Source: an uncultured Negativicutes bacterium
Lineage (GTDB): Bacteria > Bacillota > Negativicutes > JBAXTZ01
DNA length: 64,000 nucleotides
Direction: 5' to 3'
Assembly: GCA_963721525.1 (NCBI GenBank)
Contig: CAVRJL010000006.1
Span: 13,127-77,126 of the forward strand
The notes beneath the pieces are model-generated. The model was not told the DNA's origin, did not search any database, and saw only the letters and a list, made by a program, of their open reading frames with translations. This document shows positions 37,692-47,965 of this stretch, piece after piece. The first letter of the stretch is position 1; every line of letters begins with the position of its first letter. The translations under genes were made by a program, and so were the position numbers.

Positions 37692-37800
37692 TGCCTCATC
37701 AAGAATTCAGTGAAGTAATAAAGCTTTGTGAAGTTATAGTAACCGGTCGGTGCTAATTCTTACTGAAATACGTAAGACGGGGAATTAATAGAGCTTCCCA
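37692..37800 (+). promoter_or_regulatory. SAM-I (S-box) riboswitch with an A/U-shifted P2 region
   Basis: CCUCAUCAAGA...GUAACCGGUCGGUGCUAAUUCUUAC...GUAAGACGGGG aligns to the S-box blocks UUAUCAAGAG, GCAACC...GGUGCUAAUUCC, the P4 hairpin and the P1 closing strand. It lies immediately upstream of metK. Confidence 0.6.
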
Positions 37801-37844
37801 AATTCATTAATAATTTTATGTTAATAAATAATTGGGAGACATAA

Positions 37845-39080
37845 ATGCTAAAAAATAGGAAATTGTTTACCTCGGAATCAGTAACAGAAGGACATCCTGA
37901 TAAAATTTGCGACCAAATATCTGATGCGATTTTAGATGCTGTACTTACTAAAGACCCATATGCGCGTGTAGCTTGTGAAACGATGGTGACTACAGGTCAA
38001 GTACATATTGTTGGAGAAATAAGTTGTAATTGTTATATTGACATTACGAAAATAGCTCGAGATACTATAAAGAAAATTGGATATACAGGCAATTATGGGT
38101 TTGACGGAGATACTGTGGGAGTATTGATTTCTATTGATGAACAATCGCCTGATATAGCTTTAGGAGTAGATAAATTTCAAGGAGCTAAAAAAGATTATAA
38201 TGGGACATACGAATTACTTGGCGCAGGAGATCAAGGAATTATGTTCGGATATGCAACAAATGAAACAGAAGAATATATGCCCATGCCTATAGCCTTTGCA
38301 CATAAATTATCACGTCGACTAGCTCTTGTTAGAAAAAAGAGAATATTGGATTATTTGCGGCCTGATGGAAAAACGCAAGTAACTATCGAATATATAGATG
38401 ATAAGCCTCAAAGAATTGATACAATAGTGATATCTACCCAACATGCTGAAAACGTAAAATTAGACATTATTTGTAAGGATATAATAGAATATGTTATTAA
38501 GCCTGTGATCCCAAAAAAATATATTGATAAATCTACTAATTATTATATAAATCCTACTGGAAGATTTGTAATAGGGGGTCCGCAAGGAGACGCAGGTTTA
38601 ACTGGACGAAAAATAATTGTAGATACCTATGGAGGGATGGCAAGACACGGCGGGGGATCTTTTTCAGGAAAAGATCCCACAAAAGTTGATCGTTCAGCTT
38701 CATATGCTGCACGATATGTAGCAAAAAATATAGTAGCGGCAGGTTTAGCAAACAAATGCGAAGTGCAATTGGCTTATGTTATAGGAATTCCTAATCCAGT
38801 ATCAATAAGAGTAGATACTTTTAACACAGGTAAAATAGATGATGTTTGTATAATAAAATTAATTAATAAACATTTTAACCTTACTCCTGGAGGAATTATA
38901 GATTCTCTTAACCTAAGAACTCCTGTTTATAAACAAGTTGCTGCATATGGTCATTTTGGTAGAATAGATTTAGATCTTAGCTGGGAAAAAATTGATAAAG
39001 TTGATATTCTTTGTGCAGAATCACAAAAGTTAATAAAAAATAATCATTTCTTAAATTTACATGTTAAGCATGACTCTTAG
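37845..39080 (+). CDS. metK: S-adenosylmethionine synthase
   Basis: The sequence shows [36 protein letters not shown] and [16 protein letters not shown]. Confidence 0.97.
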   Translation: MLKNRKLFTSESVTEGHPDKICDQISDAILDAVLTKDPYARVACETMVTTGQVHIVGEISCNCYIDITKIARDTIKKIGYTGNYGFDGDTVGVLISIDEQSPDIALGVDKFQGAKKDYNGTYELLGAGDQGIMFGYATNETEEYMPMPIAFAHKLSRRLALVRKKRILDYLRPDGKTQVTIEYIDDKPQRIDTIVISTQHAENVKLDIICKDIIEYVIKPVIPKKYIDKSTNYYINPTGRFVIGGPQGDAGLTGRKIIVDTYGGMARHGGGSFSGKDPTKVDRSASYAARYVAKNIVAAGLANKCEVQLAYVIGIPNPVSIRVDTFNTGKIDDVCIIKLINKHFNLTPGGIIDSLNLRTPVYKQVAAYGHFGRIDLDLSWEKIDKVDILCAESQKLIKNNHFLNLHVKHDS

Positions 39081-39110
39081 AAATTTTTAGTTAAGATAGG
39101 GAGAAAAAAT

Positions 39111-41303
39111 ATTATTGCTGATATAGTCATAAATATACCAGGGAAAAATATATTAAAAGAATATAGTTATATTGTTCCAGTAGAATTAAACGTTAAGATA
39201 GGGGCAAGAGTTATTATTCCTTTTGGGAGAAAAATAGTTGAAGGAATAGTTACAAATTTAAGAGAAGATGAAACTAATGGGTTAAAAAAAATTATCACAA
39301 CAACTAAAGTTGATACATGGTTTGATAGCAAATTATTAAATTTAGCAAAAAAAATATCTGAATATTATTATTGTTCTTATACTGAAGCTTTAAGACTATT
39401 TATACCAGGTAAAAGCATTGTAAAAAAAAATAAACATTTTACTCAAGAAAAAAACCTGATAGTTATTGAAATAGCAAACAATGAGCAAGACGAAAATAGC
39501 TTTAAAAACAGACCTGTTCAATATAAACTTTTTAATTATATGACTAAAAAGAAAAGTGAATTATTATCTCATATTTTATCAATAGGATTTTCAAGGCAGG
39601 TTATAAATAGTGGACTAAATAGCGGGTGGCTTAAAAAAAATAAAAAAAGATGTTTTCGCGATAGTTATTCTACGATTACCGAAGTTAGTAATTTAAATAA
39701 AAAGATAACCTTAAATAACGAACAAAAAAAAGTTTATAACGAAATTTGTAAATCTTTAGAAAAAAATGAAAACAGAGTATTTTTATTACACGGAATAACC
39801 GGTAGCGGCAAGACAGAAGTCTATATGCAATTAGCTATGGAAGTTAAAAACAATAGTAAACAAACCATTGTATTAGTTCCAGAAATATCATTGACAGGAC
39901 AAATGGTAGAAAGGTTTAAAAGTCGATTTTTTAATAGAGTAGGAGTTATTCATAGTAAAATAAGCGCTTCAGAAAGAGCTGATGTATTCGAACAATCAAA
40001 AAATCAAAGCATAGATATAATTATTGGTGCTCGCTCAGCTATTTTTACTCCTACTTGCCAGCTAGGTTTAATAATTATTGATGAAGAACAAGAATTTAGC
40101 TATAAACAAGAAGAACGTCCTTATTATAATGCAAAACAAATAGCTCAATGGCGAGCATCTAGTAGTAATATTCCTTTAATATTTGGAACTGCTACGCCAA
40201 GTATTGAAATATATTATAAAGCCTTAACAGATAATATAAGATTGTTACCATTGAAAAAACGACCTGACCAAGCCACTCTGCCTGAAGTTCAAATAGTTGA
40301 TTTATGTAAAGAATTTAATAAAAAAAATCGAACTGTTATTTCCGAAAAATTAAAGATATTAATTCAATCTACATTATTAAAAAAAGAACAAACAATTGTT
40401 TTATTAAATAGAAGAGGCTATTCAACGTTTGTTATTTGTCGAGAATGTGGACATGTTATGACTTGTATTTATTGTGATGTGTCATTAACGTATCATAATA
40501 ATACGAATATTTTAAAATGTCATTATTGTGGTTATTTTGGGGAAAATCCTCTTTCTTGTCCTAATTGTAAAGGTAAATATATACGTTACTTTGGAACTGG
40601 AACACAAAAAGTTGAAGAACAATTAAAAAAGTTATTTCCCACTGCAAGAATTTTACGAATGGATCAAGATACTACTAAAGGTAAATTCGGGCATGAAAAA
40701 AAAATAAATGACTTTAAAAGTGCTAAATTTGATATACTTGTGGGTACACAAATGGTAGCAAAAGGGCATGACATTTCAAATGTATCTCTAGTAGGAATTA
40801 TAAGCGCGGACACTTGTCTAAATTTCCCTGATTTTCGAGCAAGTGAAAAAACTTTTGCGTTATTAGCACAAGCATCTGGTAGAGCAGGTAGAGGACAGAT
40901 TAAAGGAAATGTATTAATACAAACGTATAATCCTAATCATTATTCTATATTAGCAGCAGCAAACCATGATTATGAAACTTTCTTTTATCAAGAAATACAA
41001 GAAAGAAAAGAATTAGGATATCCTCCTTTAGAAAAGATTTTTAAAATTAGTTTACAATCCAATAATCAAGAAAAAGGTAGAAATCAAGCTAAAGACATAG
41101 TAGACAAAATAAAGAGAACTAATAGAGATATAAAAATAGTTGGACCTATTCAACCCTTAATAACAAAAATAAAGAGTTATTATCGTTATTTAATTTTAAT
41201 TAAAAGTAAAGATGAAAAAATTTTGCGTATTTGTATAAAAAATACCGCTATAGACAAAATGAAAAATATTGATATTGATGTAAGTCCTATAAGTATTATG
41301 TGA
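39111..41303 (+). CDS. priA: Primosomal protein N' (PriA helicase), apparent ATT start
   Basis: The tracked ORF 39540-41303 holds the helicase and Zn-finger parts (GITGSGKTE, DEEQE, CRECG...CIYCD). The frame is open for 143 more codons back to 39081 and encodes the PriA N-terminal domain (IADIVINIPGKNILKEYSYIVP...GARVIIPFGRKIVEGIV). There is no in-frame ATG/GTG/TTG; GGGAG lies 7 nt before the ATT at 39111. Confidence 0.85.
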   Translation: MIADIVINIPGKNILKEYSYIVPVELNVKIGARVIIPFGRKIVEGIVTNLREDETNGLKKIITTTKVDTWFDSKLLNLAKKISEYYYCSYTEALRLFIPGKSIVKKNKHFTQEKNLIVIEIANNEQDENSFKNRPVQYKLFNYMTKKKSELLSHILSIGFSRQVINSGLNSGWLKKNKKRCFRDSYSTITEVSNLNKKITLNNEQKKVYNEICKSLEKNENRVFLLHGITGSGKTEVYMQLAMEVKNNSKQTIVLVPEISLTGQMVERFKSRFFNRVGVIHSKISASERADVFEQSKNQSIDIIIGARSAIFTPTCQLGLIIIDEEQEFSYKQEERPYYNAKQIAQWRASSSNIPLIFGTATPSIEIYYKALTDNIRLLPLKKRPDQATLPEVQIVDLCKEFNKKNRTVISEKLKILIQSTLLKKEQTIVLLNRRGYSTFVICRECGHVMTCIYCDVSLTYHNNTNILKCHYCGYFGENPLSCPNCKGKYIRYFGTGTQKVEEQLKKLFPTARILRMDQDTTKGKFGHEKKINDFKSAKFDILVGTQMVAKGHDISNVSLVGIISADTCLNFPDFRASEKTFALLAQASGRAGRGQIKGNVLIQTYNPNHYSILAAANHDYETFFYQEIQERKELGYPPLEKIFKISLQSNNQEKGRNQAKDIVDKIKRTNRDIKIVGPIQPLITKIKSYYRYLILIKSKDEKILRICIKNTAIDKMKNIDIDVSPISIM

Positions 41304-41455
41304 CATTTTTTCTAAACACTTTTATTGTGTTGGAAAGTAGCTCGTTTAACAGTTTTTAAATAAATTTTTTAAATTTCAACGATCCTGTTAAGTTTATCTA
41401 AGAGTGATAAATTTAACATTTTGACATCATTATTTATTAATGCTATTATATATTC

Positions 41456-41808
41456 TGCGTAAGCATGAAAGATAATCGCAGATAAATCTGAGGAAAGTCC
41501 GAACTCCAAAGGGCAGAATGCCGGATAACATCCGGCGAGAGTAATCTCAGGGAAAGTGCCACAGAAATGTGTACCGCCTTCGTTAAAGAAGGTAAGGGTG
41601 AAACGGTGCGGTAAGGGCGCACCAGCGACAAAGTAATTTGTTGGCTAGGTAAACCCCATTCGGAGCAAGACTAAATAGGGAAGAAAAGACGTTGCCCGCA
41701 GATCTTCCGGGTTAGTCGCTGGAACTGTATGGTAACATATAGTCAAGATAAATGATTATCGCCACTTATTTAAGTGGAACAGAACTCGGCTTAATGATTG
41801 CTTACGTA
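41456..41808 (+). ncRNA. rnpB: RNase P RNA
   Basis: The conserved blocks GAGGAAAGUCCG, GGGUGAAACGGUG, AGCAAGAC and ACAGAACUCGGCUUA are present. P1 pairs CGUAAGCA (5') with UGCUUACG (3'). Confidence 0.92.
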
Positions 41809-41831
41809 TAAGTGACCTTATTATTAATTTT

Positions 41832-41885
41832 AAAGCTGTTATTAGATTTTTATGTTATCTAATAACAGCTTATTTATGTTATTGT
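41832..41885 (+). terminator. Intrinsic terminator after rnpB
   Basis: A perfect 15-bp stem (AAGCUGUUAUUAGAU / AUCUAAUAACAGCUU) is followed by a U-rich tract. Confidence 0.7.
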
Positions 41886-41972
41886 TTTTATTTATATAAA
41901 CAATAATATATAAACAAACTATATTATTGCTGATAAATATAGTAATCACTTATAAAGTTTAAGTATTATAAA

Positions 41973-43043
41973 ATGATTTTTAAAAAAAATAAAAACTATC
42001 TCAAAAAAATAAATGAGTATAATTTATTAAGCCAGCTATTATTAAAAAAATATATTATATTCATCATAAAATTTATGATAATAGCTGGCTTTGCTATACA
42101 ATTAACTTTTGTATTAATAAATTTACCAGTAAATTTTATAGACAAAAATTTATATTACTATAATGTAAATTATGGAGCTACAACTGATAAAGTGGCAAAT
42201 GATTTATATAAATTAAAATTAATTCGTTCAAAAACAGCATTCAAAATTTTAGCTCATTTTAAATATTTAAATAGTAAAATAAAAAAAGGAACATATGGGT
42301 TAAGCCCTAATATGACTCTTAATGAAATAATATCCTTACTTTCCGAGGGTAAATTTGTTGAACAAAAAGTAACAATTCCTGAAGGATTTACAGTTGAACA
42401 AATTGCAGAGTTGTTATCCAAAAAACAAATTATTATTAATAAAAATAAATTTCTTGAATTAGCAAAAACGTATGTTCCATATGATTATATAAAAAAATCA
42501 GCTAAAGTAAAATATCAATGTGAAGGGTTTTTATTCCCAGATACATATTATTTTTTAGAAAAAAGTGATCCGAAAATTATATTGACAACTTTAACTTATC
42601 AGTTTAATAAAAAATTTGTACCAGAAATGAAGGCAAAAGCTCAAAAGCAGAATATGTCTATATATGATATTATAGTTTTAGCTTCAATAATCGAACGAGA
42701 AGCAAAGTTAAAAGACGAACGTGCAAAGATTGCAGGAGTTTTTATAAATAGAATAAATAAAAAAATGCTTTTACAATCTTGCGCTACAGTAGAATATATA
42801 TTGCAAAAGCATAAAAATGCATTGTCAATCAAAGATATAGAAATTGATTCTCCATATAATACTTATATAAACTATGGTTTACCACCAGGGCCTATTTCAA
42901 ATCCTGGACTGGAATCTATAAAATCAGTTTTATATCCAGAAAAAACTGATTTTTTATATTATGTAATTAATGGGAAATGCGGTCATTATTTTGCTAAAAC
43001 GTATGCGGAACATGAAAAAAATATAACTAAATTAAACTTATAA
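41973..43043 (+). CDS. mltG: Endolytic murein transglycosylase MltG (YceG-like)
   Basis: It has an N-terminal TM segment. The motifs are IPEGFTVEQIA, EGFLFPDTYYF, ASIIEREA and SPYNTY...GLPPGPISNPG. Confidence 0.9.
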   Translation: MIFKKNKNYLKKINEYNLLSQLLLKKYIIFIIKFMIIAGFAIQLTFVLINLPVNFIDKNLYYYNVNYGATTDKVANDLYKLKLIRSKTAFKILAHFKYLNSKIKKGTYGLSPNMTLNEIISLLSEGKFVEQKVTIPEGFTVEQIAELLSKKQIIINKNKFLELAKTYVPYDYIKKSAKVKYQCEGFLFPDTYYFLEKSDPKIILTTLTYQFNKKFVPEMKAKAQKQNMSIYDIIVLASIIEREAKLKDERAKIAGVFINRINKKMLLQSCATVEYILQKHKNALSIKDIEIDSPYNTYINYGLPPGPISNPGLESIKSVLYPEKTDFLYYVINGKCGHYFAKTYAEHEKNITKLNL

Positions 43044-43064
43044 AAATAGTTAAAGGTGTAAAAT

Positions 43065-44447
43065 ATGAATAAAAATTTAGTATCCTGTGATAAATTAAAT
43101 AGAGGTTTGAAAGAGAGACATATACAATTGATAGCTTTTGGTGGAACAATAGGAGTAGGATTATTTTATGGCTCATCTGCAGCTATAAAATCTGCAGGGC
43201 CGTCATTGATAATTATGTATTTATTAATAGCTACTTTTATTTTTTTTGTTATGCGTGCCTTAGGAGAATTAGCTGTGTCTAAACCTGTAGCAGGTTCTTT
43301 TGCTACCTATGCTTATGAAGAAATAGGACCTTTAGCTGGGTTTCTTACGGGTTGGTCTTATTGGATTATGTGGATAGTTGCCTGTATGGCTGAAATTACC
43401 GCAGCTGGTGTATATATGCAGTATTGGTTTCCAAACATTGCTCAATGGATATTTGCTTTATTTAGCTTAATATCTATGACGATTGTTAATATGATTACTG
43501 TTCGCTTATATGGAGAATTTGAATTTTGGTTTGCTTTAATTAAAATAGTTACCATTATTTTAATGTTAATAATGGGTACGGTATTAATAATTTTTGGTAT
43601 AGGTAATAATGGAGTTCCTATAGGAATAAGTAATTTATGGAGTTTTGGCGGATTTTTTCCTAATGGGATTGATGGAATGATTCATTCTTTAAACATAGTA
43701 GTTTTTGCTTATTTAGGAGTAGAGCTTATTGGAGTTACCGCCGGAGAAGCACAAAATCCTAAAAAAACTATACCTTCAGCGATAAACAAAGTTTTTTGGC
43801 GTGTACTAATATTTTATATTGCTTCATTATTTGTAATAATGTCACTGTATCCTTGGAGTAAAATATGCGAAATGGGAAGTCCATTTGTTATTACTTTTGC
43901 AAAATTAGGAATAAAACAAGCAGCAGGTATAATAAATTTTGTTGTATTAACAGCTGCTTTATCTGCTTGTAACGGTGGTGTTTTTTCTACAGGTAGAATG
44001 TTATACGGATTATCAGAAAAAAAGGAAGCTCCTTCTATTTTTTACAAGTTAAACAAGAACCATGTTCCGGTAACAGCTCTGTTATTTAGTGCAATTTTAA
44101 TGTTAATTGGAGTATTTTTAAATTATATTATGCCAGCAAAAGCATTTCATATTATAATATCTTTAGCCACAACTTATGTTTTATTTACTTGGGGTATAAT
44201 ACTCGTATCTCATCTAAATAAACGAAAAAAATTCGTAAAAAATCATCCTGGTAAAAAACCTACTTTTGCTATGCCTTTTTATCCTATCTCCAATTATGGG
44301 TGCTTGTTGATTATAGCTTTTGTTTTAGGGGCAATGTTATATTATCCTGATACAAGGTTATCAGGACTTTTAGCGCCAATATGGTTTATTATTTTGTATA
44401 TAGTTTATAAAGTAAAGTACGAGAAAAATAGAACTAATGGATATTAG
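43065..44447 (+). CDS. APC-family amino acid permease
   Basis: LKERHIQLIAFGGTIGVGLFYGS is an AroP/CycA-type N-terminal signature. The protein has about 12 TM segments. Confidence 0.85.
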   Translation: MNKNLVSCDKLNRGLKERHIQLIAFGGTIGVGLFYGSSAAIKSAGPSLIIMYLLIATFIFFVMRALGELAVSKPVAGSFATYAYEEIGPLAGFLTGWSYWIMWIVACMAEITAAGVYMQYWFPNIAQWIFALFSLISMTIVNMITVRLYGEFEFWFALIKIVTIILMLIMGTVLIIFGIGNNGVPIGISNLWSFGGFFPNGIDGMIHSLNIVVFAYLGVELIGVTAGEAQNPKKTIPSAINKVFWRVLIFYIASLFVIMSLYPWSKICEMGSPFVITFAKLGIKQAAGIINFVVLTAALSACNGGVFSTGRMLYGLSEKKEAPSIFYKLNKNHVPVTALLFSAILMLIGVFLNYIMPAKAFHIIISLATTYVLFTWGIILVSHLNKRKKFVKNHPGKKPTFAMPFYPISNYGCLLIIAFVLGAMLYYPDTRLSGLLAPIWFIILYIVYKVKYEKNRTNGY

Positions 44448-45666
44448 AAAAAAAGCTGAATTATTAATTCCAGCAGGTAGTTTAGAAAAACTAAAATTTG
44501 CTTTGTTATACGGTGCTGATAGCGTATATGTTGGCGGAAAAGAGTTTGGGCTAAGATCATATAGCGATAATTTTAATTTAGATGAACTAAGAATAGGTGT
44601 AAAGTTGACGCATAATTTAGGGAAGCGTATCTATGTAACAGTAAACGCTTATTTACATGATAAAGAATTTCCTGCTTTAAATGACTACTTACACAATCTT
44701 ATTGAACTTAATGTAGATGCCGTCATTGTGTCTGATATTGGAGTTTTTCATACAATAAGAAATTTTTCTCCGCACTTAAAAATACATATAAGTACTCAAG
44801 CAAATACTGTTAATAGTGCTAGTATAAATTTTTGGAAAATATTGGGAGCAAGTAGAATAATTTTAGCTCGTGAGCTTACTATGGATGAAATTAAGACTAT
44901 TGCTCTATCGACAAATATAGAGCTTGAATCCTTTATTCACGGAGCAATGTGTATTTCTTATTCAGGACGCTGCTTGTTGAGCAATTATTTAACCGGAAGA
45001 GATTCTAATTTAGGACAGTGTACTCAACCTTGTCGGTGGAAATATTTTTTACAAGTAGAGAGCAGAGAAGGAAGACTTTTTCCTATATTTGAAGATAAAC
45101 GTGGTTCATATGTGTTCAATTCTAAAGATTTATGTATGTTAGAACATTTGGATAAATTGATTACTATAGGCCTAGATTCATTTAAAATAGAGGGAAGAAT
45201 GAAAAGCGTTCATTATGTAGCAACTGTAACAAGTTGTTATCGCAAAGCAATTGATGCTTTATGTAGAAATATTGATGAGTATCGCGCAATTTTGCCTGGA
45301 TTATTAAAAGAAATAAAAAAAATATCCAATAGAAATTATTGTAGTGGGTTTTATTTTGGACGTCCTGACGCAACTAGTCAAAATTACTTAAACTCTTCTA
45401 ATCTTTCAACCTATGATTTTGTCGCTATAGTTTTATATTATGATAAAGAAAATAAAATTGCCGTTCTAGAAGAGCGCAATAATATAAAAAAAGGGGAAAT
45501 AGTGGAATTTTTTCAACCAACATTATCTTTATTTGAACAAAAAATTAATATACTTTATGATGAAAATAACAATGAAATAGATTTTGTTTGTCATCCTAAA
45601 CAAATTTTTAAATTACGTATAACTAAATTAGTAGAACCATATACATGTGTAAGACGCAAAAAATGA
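44437..45666 (+). CDS. Peptidase U32 family protein (YrrO/TrhP-like)
   Basis: The sequence shows ELLIPAGSLEKLKFALLYGADSVYVGG and the U32 core E.FIHGAMCISYSGRC. Confidence 0.85.
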   Translation: MDIRKKAELLIPAGSLEKLKFALLYGADSVYVGGKEFGLRSYSDNFNLDELRIGVKLTHNLGKRIYVTVNAYLHDKEFPALNDYLHNLIELNVDAVIVSDIGVFHTIRNFSPHLKIHISTQANTVNSASINFWKILGASRIILARELTMDEIKTIALSTNIELESFIHGAMCISYSGRCLLSNYLTGRDSNLGQCTQPCRWKYFLQVESREGRLFPIFEDKRGSYVFNSKDLCMLEHLDKLITIGLDSFKIEGRMKSVHYVATVTSCYRKAIDALCRNIDEYRAILPGLLKEIKKISNRNYCSGFYFGRPDATSQNYLNSSNLSTYDFVAIVLYYDKENKIAVLEERNNIKKGEIVEFFQPTLSLFEQKINILYDENNNEIDFVCHPKQIFKLRITKLVEPYTCVRRKK

Positions 45667-45875
45667 ACAGTACATTATATATTCATGTTTCGGTAAATAA
45701 AATTAATTTTTTAAATCAAATAATAGAAGGATACGAATACCTAGGTTTATTAACAACTATTAATAAATGGGAAGGTATTGTGGCTATTTATTGCACATCA
45801 GACACAAGAAAAGAAGCAGAAAAAATTTTAAATACTTTACCTTTTTATGTTGAAATAATTAATCATAAGGAATAA
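45663..45875 (+). CDS. Small DUF4911-like protein
   Basis: The sequence reads MNSTLYIHV...INFLNQIIEGYEYLG. It follows the U32 gene, as is usual in Clostridia-type genomes; this rests on my recollection. Confidence 0.55.
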   Translation: MNSTLYIHVSVNKINFLNQIIEGYEYLGLLTTINKWEGIVAIYCTSDTRKEAEKILNTLPFYVEIINHKE

Positions 45876-46554
45876 TTAGTTCGTCTATTTTGAATAAAAT
45901 TTTAGATAAAAAATTGCTGCGTATGCAAATTATATGTTAGGGAAGATATAATTTATTTTATTATTACTAAATGGTTGCGTTTTTATAGCTCATGACATAA
46001 AATGCTGATTTGTCTTCATTATAAGTTTTGTAATTTAATTATCATTATTTTATATTTTCGGTCGAAAACATGATCTTCGTTCTAAATATAGGAAAATATT
46101 GAAATTAGTATGAAGCTTATCAGTAAAACTATCCTTATTAACTATCCCTACTACTGTAAATAACAGATTAGAGTGTAATTTGTTTATACAGTTAAGTAAT
46201 TATTAAGATTTACGGCTCATTAATGCCCACTTTTTTAAAATTACAAGTTATAAATCTACTAATTATAGATCTACTAATTTTACATGAAGAACATTTTATT
46301 TGGCTAGTTGAATGAAAATATGGAGAATCATTACTCATAAAATAAGGATTAGACATATAAGCATTAAATAAAGTCGGCTAGAAAAAAAGTAGAAGCAACT
46401 TAATGTAAACGATATATAGTATACGATGGTTTAGTTTAATCAACTATTGAGTATGTTAAAAAAATATAAATATCTCTAAGTAGGTATATAGTAGATTAAA
46501 TAATAATTGTAGTTTTTTATTTACTTTGTCGTCGAGAAATACATAGGGATACAC

Positions 46555-47841
46555 TTGAAAAGAAAGATAGGTGTAAATAATTTGATAAATAATTTTCATT
46601 TTTCGCAAAAATTAAATAAACTACATAGACAAGCAATAAAAATAAGTAATGAAAAGACACAAGAATTTTTTCATAATTCTACAATAAATACTGGCAAGGT
46701 TTTACAAGCTTTTCGCAACCAACGCGTAAGTGAAAGTGATTTTAAAACTACTACTGGGTATGGATATAATGATTATGGGCGTGATAAACTTGACAAAATA
46801 TGGGCTGAAATTTGTAAAGCAGAAGCTGCAATTTATAGAACACAATTTGTCTCAGGTACGCATGCCTTATCAACAGTATTATACGGCATATTAAGACCAG
46901 GAGATGAGTTAGTATCCCTTACTGGTACTCCTTATGATACTATTTTAAAGGTAATAGGAGTAGACTCAACAATTGGGTCTTTATTAGAATTTAGTATTAA
47001 ATATAATGAAGTGAATTGTATTTTAGAAAAAAGTTTAGATCTGAATATAATAAAAAAAGAATTAAAAAATAGAAAAATTAAAATGGTATTCGTTCAACGT
47101 TCAAGAGGATATTCATCTAGAAGAAGTTTATCTATTTCTGAAATTGAAAAAATTTGTCTTACAGTAAAAAAAATATCACCTGATACCATAATATTTGTTG
47201 ATAATTGTTATGGCGAATTTACTGAAGAGAAGGAGCCTATAGAGATAGGAGCAGATATTATCGCTGGTTCTTTATTAAAAAATCCTGGAGGTGGTCTTGT
47301 AAATTGCGGTGGATATATTTCAGGGAAAAAACATTTAGTAGATCTGGCTGCAAATCGTTTAACCGCCCCAGGATTAGGCTCACATGTAGGAGCATCTCTA
47401 TTCGACAATAAATATATGTATCAAGGATTATTTATGGCTCCACATAGTGTTTTTCAAGCTTTAAGAAGCATATGCTATGCAGCAGCTCTATTTAATCTAG
47501 CTGAATTTCATACTAACCCTTGGTATAATGAACGCCGTTGCGACATCATTCAATCAATAGCACTAAAAACAGCTAAAAATGTTAAGGCATTTTGTAAAGG
47601 TTTGCAAAAATATTCTCCTGTAGATTCTTTTGTTATTCCTGAACCATGGGATATTCCTGGATATTGTGATAAGATAATTATGGCAGCAGGTACTTTTGTA
47701 CAAGGATCTTCAATTGAAATAAGTGCAGATGCACCTATGAAAAGTCCGTATATACTATTTTTACAAGGAGGAATAATCTTTGAACATAGCATTATTGCTA
47801 TTTTGGGAGCATTAGAAGAAATTATCAACTTGAATAGGTAA
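46555..47841 (+). CDS. PLP-dependent Cys/Met-metabolism family protein (YnbB / aluminium-resistance-protein type)
   Basis: The sequence shows TTGYGYNDYGRDKLDKIWAE...FVSGTHAL...GSLLKNPGGG. The TTG start is uncertain. Confidence 0.75.
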   Translation: MKRKIGVNNLINNFHFSQKLNKLHRQAIKISNEKTQEFFHNSTINTGKVLQAFRNQRVSESDFKTTTGYGYNDYGRDKLDKIWAEICKAEAAIYRTQFVSGTHALSTVLYGILRPGDELVSLTGTPYDTILKVIGVDSTIGSLLEFSIKYNEVNCILEKSLDLNIIKKELKNRKIKMVFVQRSRGYSSRRSLSISEIEKICLTVKKISPDTIIFVDNCYGEFTEEKEPIEIGADIIAGSLLKNPGGGLVNCGGYISGKKHLVDLAANRLTAPGLGSHVGASLFDNKYMYQGLFMAPHSVFQALRSICYAAALFNLAEFHTNPWYNERRCDIIQSIALKTAKNVKAFCKGLQKYSPVDSFVIPEPWDIPGYCDKIIMAAGTFVQGSSIEISADAPMKSPYILFLQGGIIFEHSIIAILGALEEIINLNR

Positions 47842-47965
47842 AATATAATATAATAAATTTTCTTAAAATCTCTTAGAAAAACTTTCTAAAAGTATAATTA
47901 ATATTTTCTATAGAGTTTTTATTTTAATGTTATAATGCTCAAAGAAAGCGGGTATTTAATAAATT

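Noticed and set aside
41446-41631. A 61-aa ORF lies on the minus strand.
   Set aside because: It lies entirely within the RNase P RNA gene on the opposite strand and is an artefact of the locally GC-rich RNA sequence.
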